NCBI GenBank assembly: GCA_041650915.1
Contig: JBAZKE010000003.1
Coordinates: 85,226 to 149,225 of the forward strand
Source: Patescibacteria group bacterium
Lineage (GTDB): Bacteria > Patescibacteriota > Patescibacteriia > UBA10025 > JAHIVO01
Reading direction: 5' to 3'
DNA: 64,000 bases
The notes beneath the pieces are model-generated. The model was given only the letters and a program-made list of their open reading frames with translations. It did not search any database and was not told the DNA's origin. The translations under genes were made by a program, and so were the position numbers. Positions within the stretch are counted from its first letter, which is position 1. Every line of letters starts with the position of its first letter. Of this stretch, positions 49,729-59,720 are shown one piece after another.

Positions 49729-49980
49729 ATGGCACAGGTCATCAAAAAGCAATTCAGCGGAGTCGTCGTATCGGACAAGATGGACAAGACGATTGTCGTT
49801 ACCATCGAACGGACCAAGACGCACCCGAAGTACCACAAACAGTACAAGACCGAGAAGCGGTATAAAGTCCACGATCCCAAGAACGAGTACCATGTCGGCG
49901 ATGCCGTTACCTTTATTGAGACGCGCCCGTTGAGCAAAGACAAACGGTGGATCGTAGCAGGCAAGGAGCAGAAGGCATAG
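49729..49980 (+). CDS. rpsQ: 30S ribosomal protein uS17
   Basis: [18 protein letters not shown]. Confidence 0.97.
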   Translation: MAQVIKKQFSGVVVSDKMDKTIVVTIERTKTHPKYHKQYKTEKRYKVHDPKNEYHVGDAVTFIETRPLSKDKRWIVAGKEQKA

Positions 49981-49990
49981 CGGAAATCAT

Positions 49991-50362
49991 ATGATTCAAC
50001 AGCGAACACGACTCGCAGTAGCAGATAATACAGGCGCCAGGAAGGTGCAGGTGATTAAAGTCCTCGGCGGAACGAAACGGCGCTACGCGGGCATTGGGGA
50101 CATCGTCGTGGTGGCGATCAAGGAGGCGGTACCGCACGCGATGGTGAAGAAGGGGGAGGTTACCCGTATGGTTATTGTCAGGCAGCATAAGGAGATGCGC
50201 CGTCCCGACGGTTCGTATATCCGATTCGATGATAACGCCGGCGTCATCCTCAATGCAAAAACCAAGGAACCGCAGGGTACCCGCATCTTCGGGCCGGTCG
50301 CACGGGAATTGCGAGCCCAGGGTTTCGCAAAAATTATTTCACTCGCGCCTGAGGTGCTATAA
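49991..50362 (+). CDS. rplN: 50S ribosomal protein uL14
   Basis: [22 protein letters not shown]. Confidence 0.98.
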   Translation: MIQQRTRLAVADNTGARKVQVIKVLGGTKRRYAGIGDIVVVAIKEAVPHAMVKKGEVTRMVIVRQHKEMRRPDGSYIRFDDNAGVILNAKTKEPQGTRIFGPVARELRAQGFAKIISLAPEVL

Positions 50363-50376
50363 GAGATCGTATTGCT

Positions 50377-50688
50377 ATGATGAATATCCATAAAAATGAT
50401 ACCGTACAGGTAATTTCAGGGAAAGACCGCGGCAAGAAGGGCAAGGTGCTCCAGGTGCTGCCGAAATCGGGCAAGATTATTGTTGAGGGCGCCAATATGG
50501 CTGCCAAGACGGTTCGTGCCAAGCGTGCCGGTGAAAAGGGGCAGGTAGTGCGGTACAACGCTCCGATCAATGCGTCCAATGCGATGCTCTTTTGCCAGAA
50601 ATGCAGCAAGCCGACGCGCCCCGGATTCGTCATTTCAAAAGAAGGCAAGAAGACGAGAGTGTGCCGGAAGTGCGCGCAACCATTATAG
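50377..50688 (+). CDS. rplX: 50S ribosomal protein uL24
   Basis: VISGKDRGKKGKV KOW motif. Confidence 0.97.
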   Translation: MMNIHKNDTVQVISGKDRGKKGKVLQVLPKSGKIIVEGANMAAKTVRAKRAGEKGQVVRYNAPINASNAMLFCQKCSKPTRPGFVISKEGKKTRVCRKCAQPL

Positions 50689-50697
50689 TATTACCAT

Positions 50698-51237
50698 ATG
50701 AGACTCAAGGAAAAATATGAAACGGAAGTAGTGCCGGCGATGATCAAACGGTTCGGCTACAGCACGGCGCTTGCGGTGCCGAAAATGGTTAAAGTTTCTA
50801 TTAATAGCGGTACCGGAAAAGCCCTCAAGGATGAAAAGCTGCTCGAGGCGGTACAGGCGACACTTACCAGAATCAGCGGCCAGCGGCCTGCGCTGACCAA
50901 GGCCCGAAAATCGATATCTGCGTTTAAAATTAGGGCTGGCATGACCGTTGGCGTGCGTGTTACGCTGCGGGGCTCGAGGATGTACGACTTTGTGGAAAAG
51001 CTGATTCATGTTTCCTTGCCGCGCGTTCGCGATTTCCAGGGGCTCGATCCGAAGAGCATTGACCAGTATGGCAACCTTTCAATCGGATTTAAAGAGCACG
51101 TCGTTTTCCCCGAGATACGGTCAGATGAGGTCGAACGCACTATCGGACTCGAGGTGACCATCACCACTAATTCTAAAACAAGAGAAGAGGGCACCGAACT
51201 GCTCACCATGCTCGGATTCCCATTTAAGAAAGACTAG
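50698..51237 (+). CDS. rplE: 50S ribosomal protein uL5
   Basis: ISGQRP, LPRVRDFQG, VFPEI. Confidence 0.98.
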   Translation: MRLKEKYETEVVPAMIKRFGYSTALAVPKMVKVSINSGTGKALKDEKLLEAVQATLTRISGQRPALTKARKSISAFKIRAGMTVGVRVTLRGSRMYDFVEKLIHVSLPRVRDFQGLDPKSIDQYGNLSIGFKEHVVFPEIRSDEVERTIGLEVTITTNSKTREEGTELLTMLGFPFKKD

Positions 51238-51246
51238 GAACGCCGT

Positions 51247-51432
51247 ATGGCAAAAAAGTCACAAATCGCTAAGTCGAATAAGAAACCGAAGTATTCAACC
51301 CGCATCGTCCGGCGCTGCTGGCGCTGCGGCAGAAAGCGCGGGTACATGAGGAAATTCAACCTCTGCAGAATTTGCTTCCGCGAACTTGCCAACAATGGTG
51401 AAATACCGGGGATTCAAAAGTCAAGCTGGTAG
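51247..51432 (+). CDS. rpsN: 30S ribosomal protein uS14, zinc-binding type Z
   Basis: CWRCGR...LCRICFRE, 61 aa. Confidence 0.97.
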   Translation: MAKKSQIAKSNKKPKYSTRIVRRCWRCGRKRGYMRKFNLCRICFRELANNGEIPGIQKSSW

Positions 51433-51477
51433 TTACTAATAGGTTTAAGTAATACAATAGGTAGATAGTATACGTGT

Positions 51478-51873
51478 ATGACCGATCCAATTGCTGATTT
51501 ATTAACGAGAATGCGCAACGCAACGCTGATCCGGCAGAAAGCCGTGCTCGTTCCGTATTCCAATGTTAAGTTCGAGCTTGCGAAGGTTTTTGAGCGTGAG
51601 GGCTTCATCGAGAAATATGAACGGGTTGGGGACGAGACGAGCAAACAGCCGATGATGCGGATTACGCTGCGCTACAACAAGGGAGAGTCTGTCATGAGAG
51701 GCTTAAAGCGCATCAGCACACCGGGCAGGCGGGTGTATAAGAGTTACCGCGAGATTCCAAAAAAATTACCGTCTCTCGGCTTGCTAGTCCTGTCGACGTC
51801 AGGCGGCATCCTGACGAACCTGGAAGCCAAGCAGAAGAAGTTGGGTGGGGAGATTCTCTGTGAAATTTATTAA
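51478..51873 (+). CDS. rpsH: 30S ribosomal protein uS8
   Basis: DPIADLLTRMRN, STPGRRVY. Confidence 0.98.
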   Translation: MTDPIADLLTRMRNATLIRQKAVLVPYSNVKFELAKVFEREGFIEKYERVGDETSKQPMMRITLRYNKGESVMRGLKRISTPGRRVYKSYREIPKKLPSLGLLVLSTSGGILTNLEAKQKKLGGEILCEIY

Positions 51874-51888
51874 TCCCGATTATTTCGT

Positions 51889-52440
51889 ATGCCACGCATA
51901 GGCAAACAACCAGTAGCAATTCCCGATGGAGTCGATGTCCAGATCGATGGTTCGAAGGTAACCGTCAAGGGTCCCAAGGGGACTTTAACGCAAACGTTCC
52001 ACCGTCGTGTTGAGTTTGAACAACAGGGGAAGGAAGTGCTCGTTACCGTTAAAAAGTCTGATGAAAAACGTTCACGGGAGCTCTGGGGTTTATCTCGCGT
52101 TCTCCTCAACAACATGGTCAAGGGCGTCGTCAAGGGATTCGAAAAGAAACTCGAGGTGAACGGCGTTGGATACCGGGCTTTGGTGAGCGGCAAGACACTC
52201 GAGCTCATCGTTGGCTTCTCGCACCCGGTCAAGTATGAGGTCCCCGAAGGCATCACTGCGGGAGTTGAAAAAAATATTATAACCATTGCGGGCATCGACA
52301 AGCAGCTCGTCGGCCAGGTCGCCGCGCAGATACGCGACGTACGCCGCCCGGAACCGTACAAGGGAAAAGGCATTAAGTATATCGAAGAGGTAATCCGCCG
52401 TAAGGCAGGCAAGGTCGTCAAGAGCGCCGGAGCAGGATAA
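51889..52440 (+). CDS. rplF: 50S ribosomal protein uL6
   Basis: [21 protein letters not shown]. Confidence 0.98.
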   Translation: MPRIGKQPVAIPDGVDVQIDGSKVTVKGPKGTLTQTFHRRVEFEQQGKEVLVTVKKSDEKRSRELWGLSRVLLNNMVKGVVKGFEKKLEVNGVGYRALVSGKTLELIVGFSHPVKYEVPEGITAGVEKNIITIAGIDKQLVGQVAAQIRDVRRPEPYKGKGIKYIEEVIRRKAGKVVKSAGAG

Positions 52441-52444
52441 TACT

Positions 52445-52810
52445 ATGAGAAAAAATAATCAAAAAATTAAACTGCGGAAGCGCACCGGAAGGGCGCGCCG
52501 GACGCGTGCAAAAATATACGGTACCGCAGAGCGCCCGCGCGCTTCAGTATTCAGGAGCTTGCAGAATATCTATGTGCAGGTCATCAATGATGAGAAGAGC
52601 GGGACAATTGTATCTGCCTCGAGCGCGGAAATTAAAAACAGAGCCAAGATGAATAAAACCGATGAAGCGCGGGAAGTCGGCAAGCTCATCGCGGAGCGCG
52701 CACTGAAGGCAAGCGTCAGGCAAGTGGTATTCGATCGTCGCGGGTACCAGTACCACGGGCGGGTGCGGGCGCTCGCCGAGAGCATGCGCGAGCACGGTCT
52801 CAGCTTTTAA
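52445..52810 (+). CDS. rplR: 50S ribosomal protein uL18
   Basis: [21 protein letters not shown]. Confidence 0.98.
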   Translation: MRKNNQKIKLRKRTGRARRTRAKIYGTAERPRASVFRSLQNIYVQVINDEKSGTIVSASSAEIKNRAKMNKTDEAREVGKLIAERALKASVRQVVFDRRGYQYHGRVRALAESMREHGLSF

Positions 52811-52828
52811 TATTGGAACCGGACTACT

Positions 52829-53353
52829 ATGAATGCGAATCCCATGGGCAATCAAGGAAGAAGGAAAAGCGGCCATCGCCGGCCAGAGCGCAAGGATGAC
52901 GAGTTTGATCAGAAGATGATCGATATTGCGCGGGTGACCCGCGTCATGGCGGGCGGCAAGCGCATGTCATTCCGCGCGTGCGTCGTCATCGGCGACCGCA
53001 AGGGCAGGGTTGGTGTCGGCATCAGAAAGGGAGCCGACGTTGCCGTTGCGATTAATAAAGCAGTTACCGCAGCAAAGAAAGAGCTCATTAAGGTTGTTAC
53101 CATTAACGATACGGTGCCGGCGGAGATTGTGTATAAGTATAAAGCGGCCAGGCTGTTTATAAAACCGGCAAAGCCGGGCACCGGCGTTATCGCCGGCGGT
53201 GCGATTCGGGCGGTATTTGAGCTCGCAGGCGTAAAAAATGTCGTTGCAAAGATGCTCGGATCAAAGAGCAAGATTAATAATGTGAGGGCTGCGATTATGG
53301 CGCTCGATCGGATGAAAGGCGAGGAGCAGCTGAAAGCATTACGTTCAAAGTAA
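52829..53353 (+). CDS. rpsE: 30S ribosomal protein uS5
   Basis: RVTRVMAGGKR, GTGVIAGG. Confidence 0.98.
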   Translation: MNANPMGNQGRRKSGHRRPERKDDEFDQKMIDIARVTRVMAGGKRMSFRACVVIGDRKGRVGVGIRKGADVAVAINKAVTAAKKELIKVVTINDTVPAEIVYKYKAARLFIKPAKPGTGVIAGGAIRAVFELAGVKNVVAKMLGSKSKINNVRAAIMALDRMKGEEQLKALRSK

Positions 53354-53354
53354 T

Positions 53355-53855
53355 ATGATCGTATCACTATCACAGTTAAAAGCGGCGAGAAGCCGCAAGC
53401 GGAAACGCGTTGGCCGCGGATCGGGTTCCGGCCGCGGGACATACTCGGGACGCGGCATGAAAGGCCAGCGGTCACGTTCTGGCGGAACGAATAAGCTCAA
53501 GCGGCGCGGCCTCAAGCAGGTGCTCCAGCAGATACCGAAGTCTCGCGGATTCAAGAGCATGTACAGCGGCTTCGAGCCGGTGAATATTGAAGCGCTTGAG
53601 AAGAAGTACGAAACGGGAGCGACGGTAACGCTGAAAAATTTAAAGATCAATAGGCTCATAGAAGGCATCGGCAGCGGGGTGAAAATACTCGGGCAAGGCG
53701 CGCTCAGCAAGAAACTGACGGTGTATGCCCATGGGTTTTCAAAATCAGCTGAAGCGGCAATAATCAAGGCTGGCGGAACGGTGCACGTGATTGCGGTGCG
53801 GCAGGCCGCTCCCGCAGAGAAGAAAGAAAAAGCTGGCAAGCGGAAGAAGCAGTAA
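53355..53855 (+). CDS. rplO: 50S ribosomal protein uL15
   Basis: RVGRGSGSGRGTYSGRGMKGQRSRSG. Confidence 0.98.
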   Translation: MIVSLSQLKAARSRKRKRVGRGSGSGRGTYSGRGMKGQRSRSGGTNKLKRRGLKQVLQQIPKSRGFKSMYSGFEPVNIEALEKKYETGATVTLKNLKINRLIEGIGSGVKILGQGALSKKLTVYAHGFSKSAEAAIIKAGGTVHVIAVRQAAPAEKKEKAGKRKKQ

Positions 53856-53868
53856 AGAACAAAATTGT

Positions 53869-55143
53869 ATGTGGGAAAAAATCAGGCAGATATTCAAAGT
53901 TCCTGATCTGCGGAATAAAATTCTGTTCGTGTTTGGCATGCTCGTCATTTTTCGCATCGCAGCCCACGTACCTATTCCCGGCGTGAATATCGAGAATTTA
54001 AAAAATCTTTTCCAATCAAACGAGCTTCTCGGCTTGCTCAACCTCTTTTCGGGCGGCGGCATGGAGAATTTTTCGGTCGTCATGCTCGGCGTCGGCCCCT
54101 ACATCACCGCATCGATTATTTTTCAGCTGCTGCAGATGGTAATCCCGAAGCTCGAAGAAATGCAGAAGGAAGGCGAGGCCGGGCGGGCAAAGCTCAACCA
54201 ATACCAGCGCATTGCGACCGTGCCGTTTGCAGCTCTCGCAGGGTACGGCATGATCACCTTTCTCAAGCAGTCGGGGTACGGAATCATCGGTGATATGAGC
54301 GTCTTCCAACTCGCGACGACGATCATCACAATTACCGGGGGCACCGTGTTTTTGATGTGGCTCGGAGAGCTGATATCGGAGAAAAAGATCGGCAATGGCA
54401 TTTCGCTGCTTATCTTTGCGGGAATCATCGCGAGCGTTCCGACGCAGGTGCAGCAGACGGTCGCTACGTTCGATGCAACCCAGATCGGCGCAATTCTCGC
54501 GTTCATCGTAATCGGGATCATTACCGTCGCTGCCATTGTCATCATAACAGAGGGGCAGCGGAATATTCCCGTATCGTACGCGAAGCGTATTCGGGGCATG
54601 CGCATGTACGGCGGCGTCGACACACACCTTCCGCTCCGGGTGAACCAGGCAGGCGTTATTCCGATCATCTTCGCGATTTCTATCGTGCTTATCCCCCCGA
54701 TGATCGCCCAATTTTTTGAGGGGTCGTCTATAACGTGGCTTGCTTCTGCTGCAACTTTCATCGTCGATATTTTCCAGAATGACCTATTCTACGCTACGGC
54801 GTACTTTGTTATGGTTGTTGCGTTCACTTACTTCTATACCGCGGTCATTTTCCATCCGATGCAGATCGCGGAGAACTTGCAGAAGCAGGGCGGTTTCATA
54901 CCCGGCATCCGGCCTGGTAAGCCGACGTCAGATTTCCTAAGCTACGTCAGCAATAGGATTATCCTGGGCGGCGCGCTTTTCCTCGGCACGGTGGCAATCC
55001 TGCCGAACATAGTCCAGTCCGTGACAAACATTACAACTCTCGTCATCGGCGGCACGAGCTTGCTCATCGTCGTTTCGGTCGTCATCGAAATCGTTAAGCA
55101 GGTCGAGGCCCAGCTCGTTATGCGCAACTACGAGGGCTTCTAA
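53869..55143 (+). CDS. secY: Preprotein translocase SecY
   Basis: LGVGPYITASII, GNGISLLIF, IPGIRPG, GGTSLLIVV. Confidence 0.98.
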   Translation: MWEKIRQIFKVPDLRNKILFVFGMLVIFRIAAHVPIPGVNIENLKNLFQSNELLGLLNLFSGGGMENFSVVMLGVGPYITASIIFQLLQMVIPKLEEMQKEGEAGRAKLNQYQRIATVPFAALAGYGMITFLKQSGYGIIGDMSVFQLATTIITITGGTVFLMWLGELISEKKIGNGISLLIFAGIIASVPTQVQQTVATFDATQIGAILAFIVIGIITVAAIVIITEGQRNIPVSYAKRIRGMRMYGGVDTHLPLRVNQAGVIPIIFAISIVLIPPMIAQFFEGSSITWLASAATFIVDIFQNDLFYATAYFVMVVAFTYFYTAVIFHPMQIAENLQKQGGFIPGIRPGKPTSDFLSYVSNRIILGGALFLGTVAILPNIVQSVTNITTLVIGGTSLLIVVSVVIEIVKQVEAQLVMRNYEGF

Positions 55144-55229
55144 GCTCCAGCGCCTGCATTCCAATCAGGGGCGCCGCTCAAGCGTGTGCGGTGGTTTTTA
55201 ATGCCGTTCTACGCTATACTGAATGCACT

Positions 55230-56468
55230 ATGCGCAATAATAATCTGTATATCGGTATCGTCGGACGGTCAGCTTCCGGAAAGGATACCCTCGCTGCATA
55301 TCTGCGGCGGAAAGGTTTTTTGCATATCTCACTGTCTGATTTGATACGGGAGCTTGCGCGGAAACAGCGCTCGTACCGGGGGCGCGATGACCTGATACGG
55401 ATCGGCAACGAGCAACGTAAAAAGTACGGGCCGGGCATCTTTGCACGGCGTGCGCTCGAACGTGCGCAGCAGCGCGGAGCCCTGAAAGTGGTTTTTTCCA
55501 GCGTACGGAATCCTTCGGAAATTAGAGAGCTTGAGAAGGGAGGCAATTTTATCACCATCGAGGTACAGGCGCCCCTTAGGGTCCGTTTTTCACGGATGCA
55601 AAAACGGGGAAAGATAGACGATCAGGTGACTTTCTCGCAATTTATGGAGCAGGAGAAGCGTGAGAGCCGTGGCGGACGGCATCAACAGCAGCTCGATACA
55701 GTCATCGCCATGTCTGACTACGCGGTTAGAAATACGGGGACAAAGGAGGAATTTTATAAAAAGATTGATACGCTCCTCGAGACGGTACACCGCGATCGTG
55801 AAGCCTCCCAGATCATTAATATCGTGCTGCTTGGGCCCCAGGGGTCGGGAAAAGGAACTCAGGCTGAGGCCCTCGTACAGCGGTACGGTTTGTACCACGT
55901 GGAAATGGGTAAAATTTTACGGGGCATTGCGAAACGGAACACGCCGCTCGGCAGGAAGATCGATCGGTTCATCAATAAGGAAGGCAAGCTTGTACCCGAC
56001 CAGATCGTGCTCAAGGCGCTTGAACAGCAGCTGAATAGGCTGCCGGCTAAGCGGGGATTGCTCTTTGACGGATACCCCCGTAACGTGAGCCAGGCACAAG
56101 CCCTTGATATGCTGCTTGGGAGGCTTTGTCGTGAGCTGACGCACGTCATATACCTTCCGATATCCCGCACGACGACGGTCAGGCGGCTCGAGCTCAGGCG
56201 GACCTGCGAACGCTGCAATAAAATTTTTATACTCGGCGTTAACTTAAAACGCGGCGCTGCCCGCTGCCCATCGTGCGGCGGCAGGGTCTACCAGCGCGAG
56301 GACGACAAACCAAGAGCGATAGCACAGCGGCTGCGCGCTTACCGGCAGCAGACGATGCCCGTGGTACGCTATTACCGGAAGAAGCGAGTGCTTATTAGCG
56401 TCAACGGTGAGCCAAAAATTCCACAGGTTACGAGAAGTGTGCTTAAGCATTTACCAAAAGCACAATGA
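55230..56468 (+). CDS. adk: Fusion of a dephospho-CoA-kinase-like P-loop domain and adenylate kinase
   Basis: Two Walker A motifs (GRSASGKDT, GPQGSGKGT); DGYPR, zinc lid CERC/CPSC, QREDD; between secY and map. Confidence 0.85.
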   Translation: MRNNNLYIGIVGRSASGKDTLAAYLRRKGFLHISLSDLIRELARKQRSYRGRDDLIRIGNEQRKKYGPGIFARRALERAQQRGALKVVFSSVRNPSEIRELEKGGNFITIEVQAPLRVRFSRMQKRGKIDDQVTFSQFMEQEKRESRGGRHQQQLDTVIAMSDYAVRNTGTKEEFYKKIDTLLETVHRDREASQIINIVLLGPQGSGKGTQAEALVQRYGLYHVEMGKILRGIAKRNTPLGRKIDRFINKEGKLVPDQIVLKALEQQLNRLPAKRGLLFDGYPRNVSQAQALDMLLGRLCRELTHVIYLPISRTTTVRRLELRRTCERCNKIFILGVNLKRGAARCPSCGGRVYQREDDKPRAIAQRLRAYRQQTMPVVRYYRKKRVLISVNGEPKIPQVTRSVLKHLPKAQ

Positions 56469-57211
56469 AGTTGAAATCGCCAGAAGACATCCGGAAGCTG
56501 CGCGAAGGCGGCAAGATCCTCAATCGTATCGTTCGGCAAGTTGCTGACCGCGCAAAACCGGGCGTATCGCCGTATGAGCTTGAAGAGCTCGCGAATCAGC
56601 TGATTAAGGAATCTGGCGGAGTGCCCTCTTTCAAGGGTTTCAATGGTTACCCCGCTGCTACGTGCATCTCAGTCAACGAGGTGGTCGTGCATGGCATACC
56701 CGATCCGGACGTTACGCTCGTTAAGGGTGATATCGTCGGCATTGACATCGGATTGAAGTACAGAGGCTTGTTCACGGACCATGCCATAACGGTGCCAGTC
56801 GGAACCGTAAGCCCGCAGGCGCGCAAACTGCTCAGCGTCACCGCGCAGGCGCTCAGTGAGGGAGTCGGCGCGGTCAAGCCTGGTTGCACGGTTGGGGATA
56901 TCGGGAATGCTATTCAGTCGTATGTGGAGGGGTACAAGTTCGGGGTCGTCCGCAGCCTCGTTGGGCACGGCGTCGGTTTTGAGGTGCACGAGGAACCTCG
57001 CGTACCGAATTTTGGAGACAGGGGTACGGGACCGAAGCTGCAGCCGGGTGCCGTCATCGCAATCGAACCGATGGTAACGTTGGGCAGCTATGAGGTTACT
57101 ACGAAAGATGACGGCTGGACAATTGTAACGGCGGACGGATCGCTGTCTGCGCACTTCGAGCATACCATTGCCGTTACCCACGATGGGTGCATAATCATTA
57201 CTGCCCCCTAA
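56465..57211 (+). CDS. map: Methionine aminopeptidase type I
   Basis: SVNEVVVHGIP, GHGVG..VHEEP, AIEPM, AHFEHT. Confidence 0.97.
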   Translation: MKLKSPEDIRKLREGGKILNRIVRQVADRAKPGVSPYELEELANQLIKESGGVPSFKGFNGYPAATCISVNEVVVHGIPDPDVTLVKGDIVGIDIGLKYRGLFTDHAITVPVGTVSPQARKLLSVTAQALSEGVGAVKPGCTVGDIGNAIQSYVEGYKFGVVRSLVGHGVGFEVHEEPRVPNFGDRGTGPKLQPGAVIAIEPMVTLGSYEVTTKDDGWTIVTADGSLSAHFEHTIAVTHDGCIIITAP

Positions 57212-57222
57212 GTTCGCTGCGT

Positions 57223-57648
57223 ATGGGAAAAGTACTCGGCATTGATTACGGAGAGCGGCGCATCGGCATCGCACTATCGGATGAAGACCAGCGGTACGCT
57301 TTTCATCTGCGGACGCTCGATCAGGCCGATCCTGCGGCACTCTCGGGCGAACTCCGGGCACTTTGCCGTGACGAGGGTATTGAAACTATTGTGATCGGGC
57401 TGCCGCTCCAGCCGGACGGCCGCAAGGGCAAGAATGCGCTCGACGTGGAACGTTTTGGCGCACAGCTCTCACGCACGCTCGGGGTCGGGATCGTGTATGA
57501 GGATGAGCGCCTATCGAGCGTGATGGCGCAAAAGCTCATGACGGATGCCGGCAGGAGTGAACGTGCGATGCGGGGTTCGCTCGACGAGCGCGCCGCCCAA
57601 CTGATCTTACAAGCTTACCTCGACCGAAAGCATGGAAAAGTATCTTAA
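57223..57648 (+). CDS. ruvX: YqgF/RuvX family nuclease
   Basis: LGIDYGERRIGIA, IGLP, DERLSS, AAQLILQ. Confidence 0.93.
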   Translation: MGKVLGIDYGERRIGIALSDEDQRYAFHLRTLDQADPAALSGELRALCRDEGIETIVIGLPLQPDGRKGKNALDVERFGAQLSRTLGVGIVYEDERLSSVMAQKLMTDAGRSERAMRGSLDERAAQLILQAYLDRKHGKVS

Positions 57649-58753
57649 CTACAGCCAGTATATCGTACCATTCGTGCTTGCAGTTGCGTTGAGCGCGTTT
57701 TTAACATACCTGGTACGGAAGCTCGCGATTCGCAGAGGTATTGTCGACAACCCGGCTCAATCGCCCGAAAGGAAAATACACGCCCAGTCCGTACCGCTAC
57801 TCGGAGGGATCGCGATTTTTTTAACGCTCGTTCTTATAACAGCCGGGTATGCGTTTTTTTCAGACAGGATCATCGGCGGGTACCTCCTGCCAAAGCACCT
57901 CATCGGGATTGCGCTCGGGGGGCTGCTCATCATGGTCGGCGGATACTTGGATGACCGGCACAACCTTTCTCCGGCGCGGCAGATCGCCTGGCCGATCCTC
58001 GCGTGCCTCGTGGTGATCGGCTCGGGTATCGGCATTGAATATATTTCGAATCCCTTCGGCGGTACCATTGCGCTCGATTCCGTCGAGCTCAAGCTCTTTA
58101 CCATGGGCGGCATACCGTACTATTTTACGCTCTTTGCTGACCTATTCGCGTTCTGCTGGCTTATGGGCATGATGTACACCACGAAGTTTCTTGACGGGCT
58201 TGACGGGCTCGTATCGGGCGTCACGACGATCGGCGCCAGCGTACTCTTTTTTCTCAGCCTCAATAAAGACGTCGCGCAGCCTGAGACCGCCCTCCTCGCC
58301 GCGATTCTCGTCGGAGCATCGCTCGGATTCCTCGTGTTCAATTTTCATCCCGCAAAAATTTTCCTGGGAGAGGGCGGAAGCCTCTTCACCGGGTTCATGC
58401 TCGGCGTCCTCTCTATCATATCGGGTGCAAAGATCGCGACCGCGCTGCTTATTATGAGCATACCGATTCTGGATGTGCTGTGGGTCATCTTACGGCGGTG
58501 GTTCCTCGAGCGGAAGTCACCGTTTAAAACTGCCGATAAAAAACATATCCATTTCCGGCTCCTCGAGAGCGGACTCTCGCACCGGCAGGCCGTGCTGCTC
58601 CTATACGGCGTGAGTGCGCTCTTTGGCGCACTTGGCCTGTTCTTGCATGGGGTACAGAAGATTTTTGCGCTCAGCGCTGCCTTCGTGGTGATGATCATGC
58701 TGAGCGTTGTACTTGTCAGGCGGCAGCGGCGCCGCACCGGCAGCGCTCATTGA
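57632..58753 (+). CDS. Undecaprenyl-phosphate GlcNAc-1-phosphate transferase (WecA/TagO family)
   Basis: PLLGG, GYLDD, DGLDGL, FNFHPAKIFLG, DKKHIH. Confidence 0.9.
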   Translation: MEKYLNYSQYIVPFVLAVALSAFLTYLVRKLAIRRGIVDNPAQSPERKIHAQSVPLLGGIAIFLTLVLITAGYAFFSDRIIGGYLLPKHLIGIALGGLLIMVGGYLDDRHNLSPARQIAWPILACLVVIGSGIGIEYISNPFGGTIALDSVELKLFTMGGIPYYFTLFADLFAFCWLMGMMYTTKFLDGLDGLVSGVTTIGASVLFFLSLNKDVAQPETALLAAILVGASLGFLVFNFHPAKIFLGEGGSLFTGFMLGVLSIISGAKIATALLIMSIPILDVLWVILRRWFLERKSPFKTADKKHIHFRLLESGLSHRQAVLLLYGVSALFGALGLFLHGVQKIFALSAAFVVMIMLSVVLVRRQRRRTGSAH

Positions 58754-58803
58754 TCGTATGCAGGCATGCGCTATACTGGATAGGTACGCGATAACAGCAG
58801 AGT

Positions 58804-59286
58804 ATGCACAGTAAGGCAATATGGGTACTGGTATTTGTCGCAGCTGTCAGCGCGATAATGTTTTGGTCGGCTGCCGGCCAGTCGATACAGGAAGAGATGC
58901 CGTACTACCTCAAAAAGGCAATCAACGAAACGGGTTCGGTTACAATTCGCCAGGAGACGCTTGAGGTAGAGGTTGCCCGGACTGCGGGCGCACGCGCAAA
59001 GGGGCTGTCTGGCCGGGACTCTATGCCGTACGGGCGCGGCATGCTGTTTGTTTTTGATGCGCAGGGAGTGTACGGCTTTACAATGCGCGATACCCGCATG
59101 CCGCTCGATATCATTTGGATTGCCGACGGCAGCATCGTCCATATCGCCCACGAAGCACAGCCTGAGGAAGAGCATATCAATCCGGGCGTCGCTGCGGAAT
59201 ACGTCCTTGAGGTCAATGGAGGCTTCGCCAGGAGGGCAGGCTGGGATGACGGGGACAGCGTCTTGATTACGTTTGACAAGAAGTAG
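58804..59286 (+). CDS. DUF192 family protein
   Basis: VEVART, GLSGR, GMLFVF, PLDIIWI, YVLEVNGG. Confidence 0.9.
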   Translation: MHSKAIWVLVFVAAVSAIMFWSAAGQSIQEEMPYYLKKAINETGSVTIRQETLEVEVARTAGARAKGLSGRDSMPYGRGMLFVFDAQGVYGFTMRDTRMPLDIIWIADGSIVHIAHEAQPEEEHINPGVAAEYVLEVNGGFARRAGWDDGDSVLITFDKK

Positions 59287-59350
59287 CGAATTTGGTATGC
59301 TCTATGTGCCCCACGTACGGGGTTTTTCTAACCATTAGAGTTTTTTATCT

Positions 59351-59674
59351 ATGAAATTCGCAATCATCGCCGATGGAGGCAAGCAGTACCGGGTAAAAGA
59401 AGGCGGCTCGCTTGCTCTTGAGAAAATAGACAAGAAGGAAGGCTCAAAGGTCGCCTTCAAGGACGTATTGCTGTACAGTGACGGCAAGCAGACGGTAATT
59501 GGAACGCCGCGCTGTGCGGGAGCTGCGGTGACTGGCAGTATTGTAGGCCAGGGCAGGGACAAGAAGGTTACCGTAATCAAGTATAAGCGGAAAACGCGGT
59601 ACAAGCGTACGATCGGGCACCGTCAGATGCGCACGCGGGTGAAGATTGATACCATCTCAGTCCCGGTACAGTAA
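59351..59674 (+). CDS. rplU: 50S ribosomal protein bL21
   Basis: GGKQYRV, GHRQ. Confidence 0.97.
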   Translation: MKFAIIADGGKQYRVKEGGSLALEKIDKKEGSKVAFKDVLLYSDGKQTVIGTPRCAGAAVTGSIVGQGRDKKVTVIKYKRKTRYKRTIGHRQMRTRVKIDTISVPVQ

Positions 59675-59720
59675 ATAAAAAAGTACAGCTTACAGTAAAT
59701 GAGGAGCTGTGTTTTTGGTC

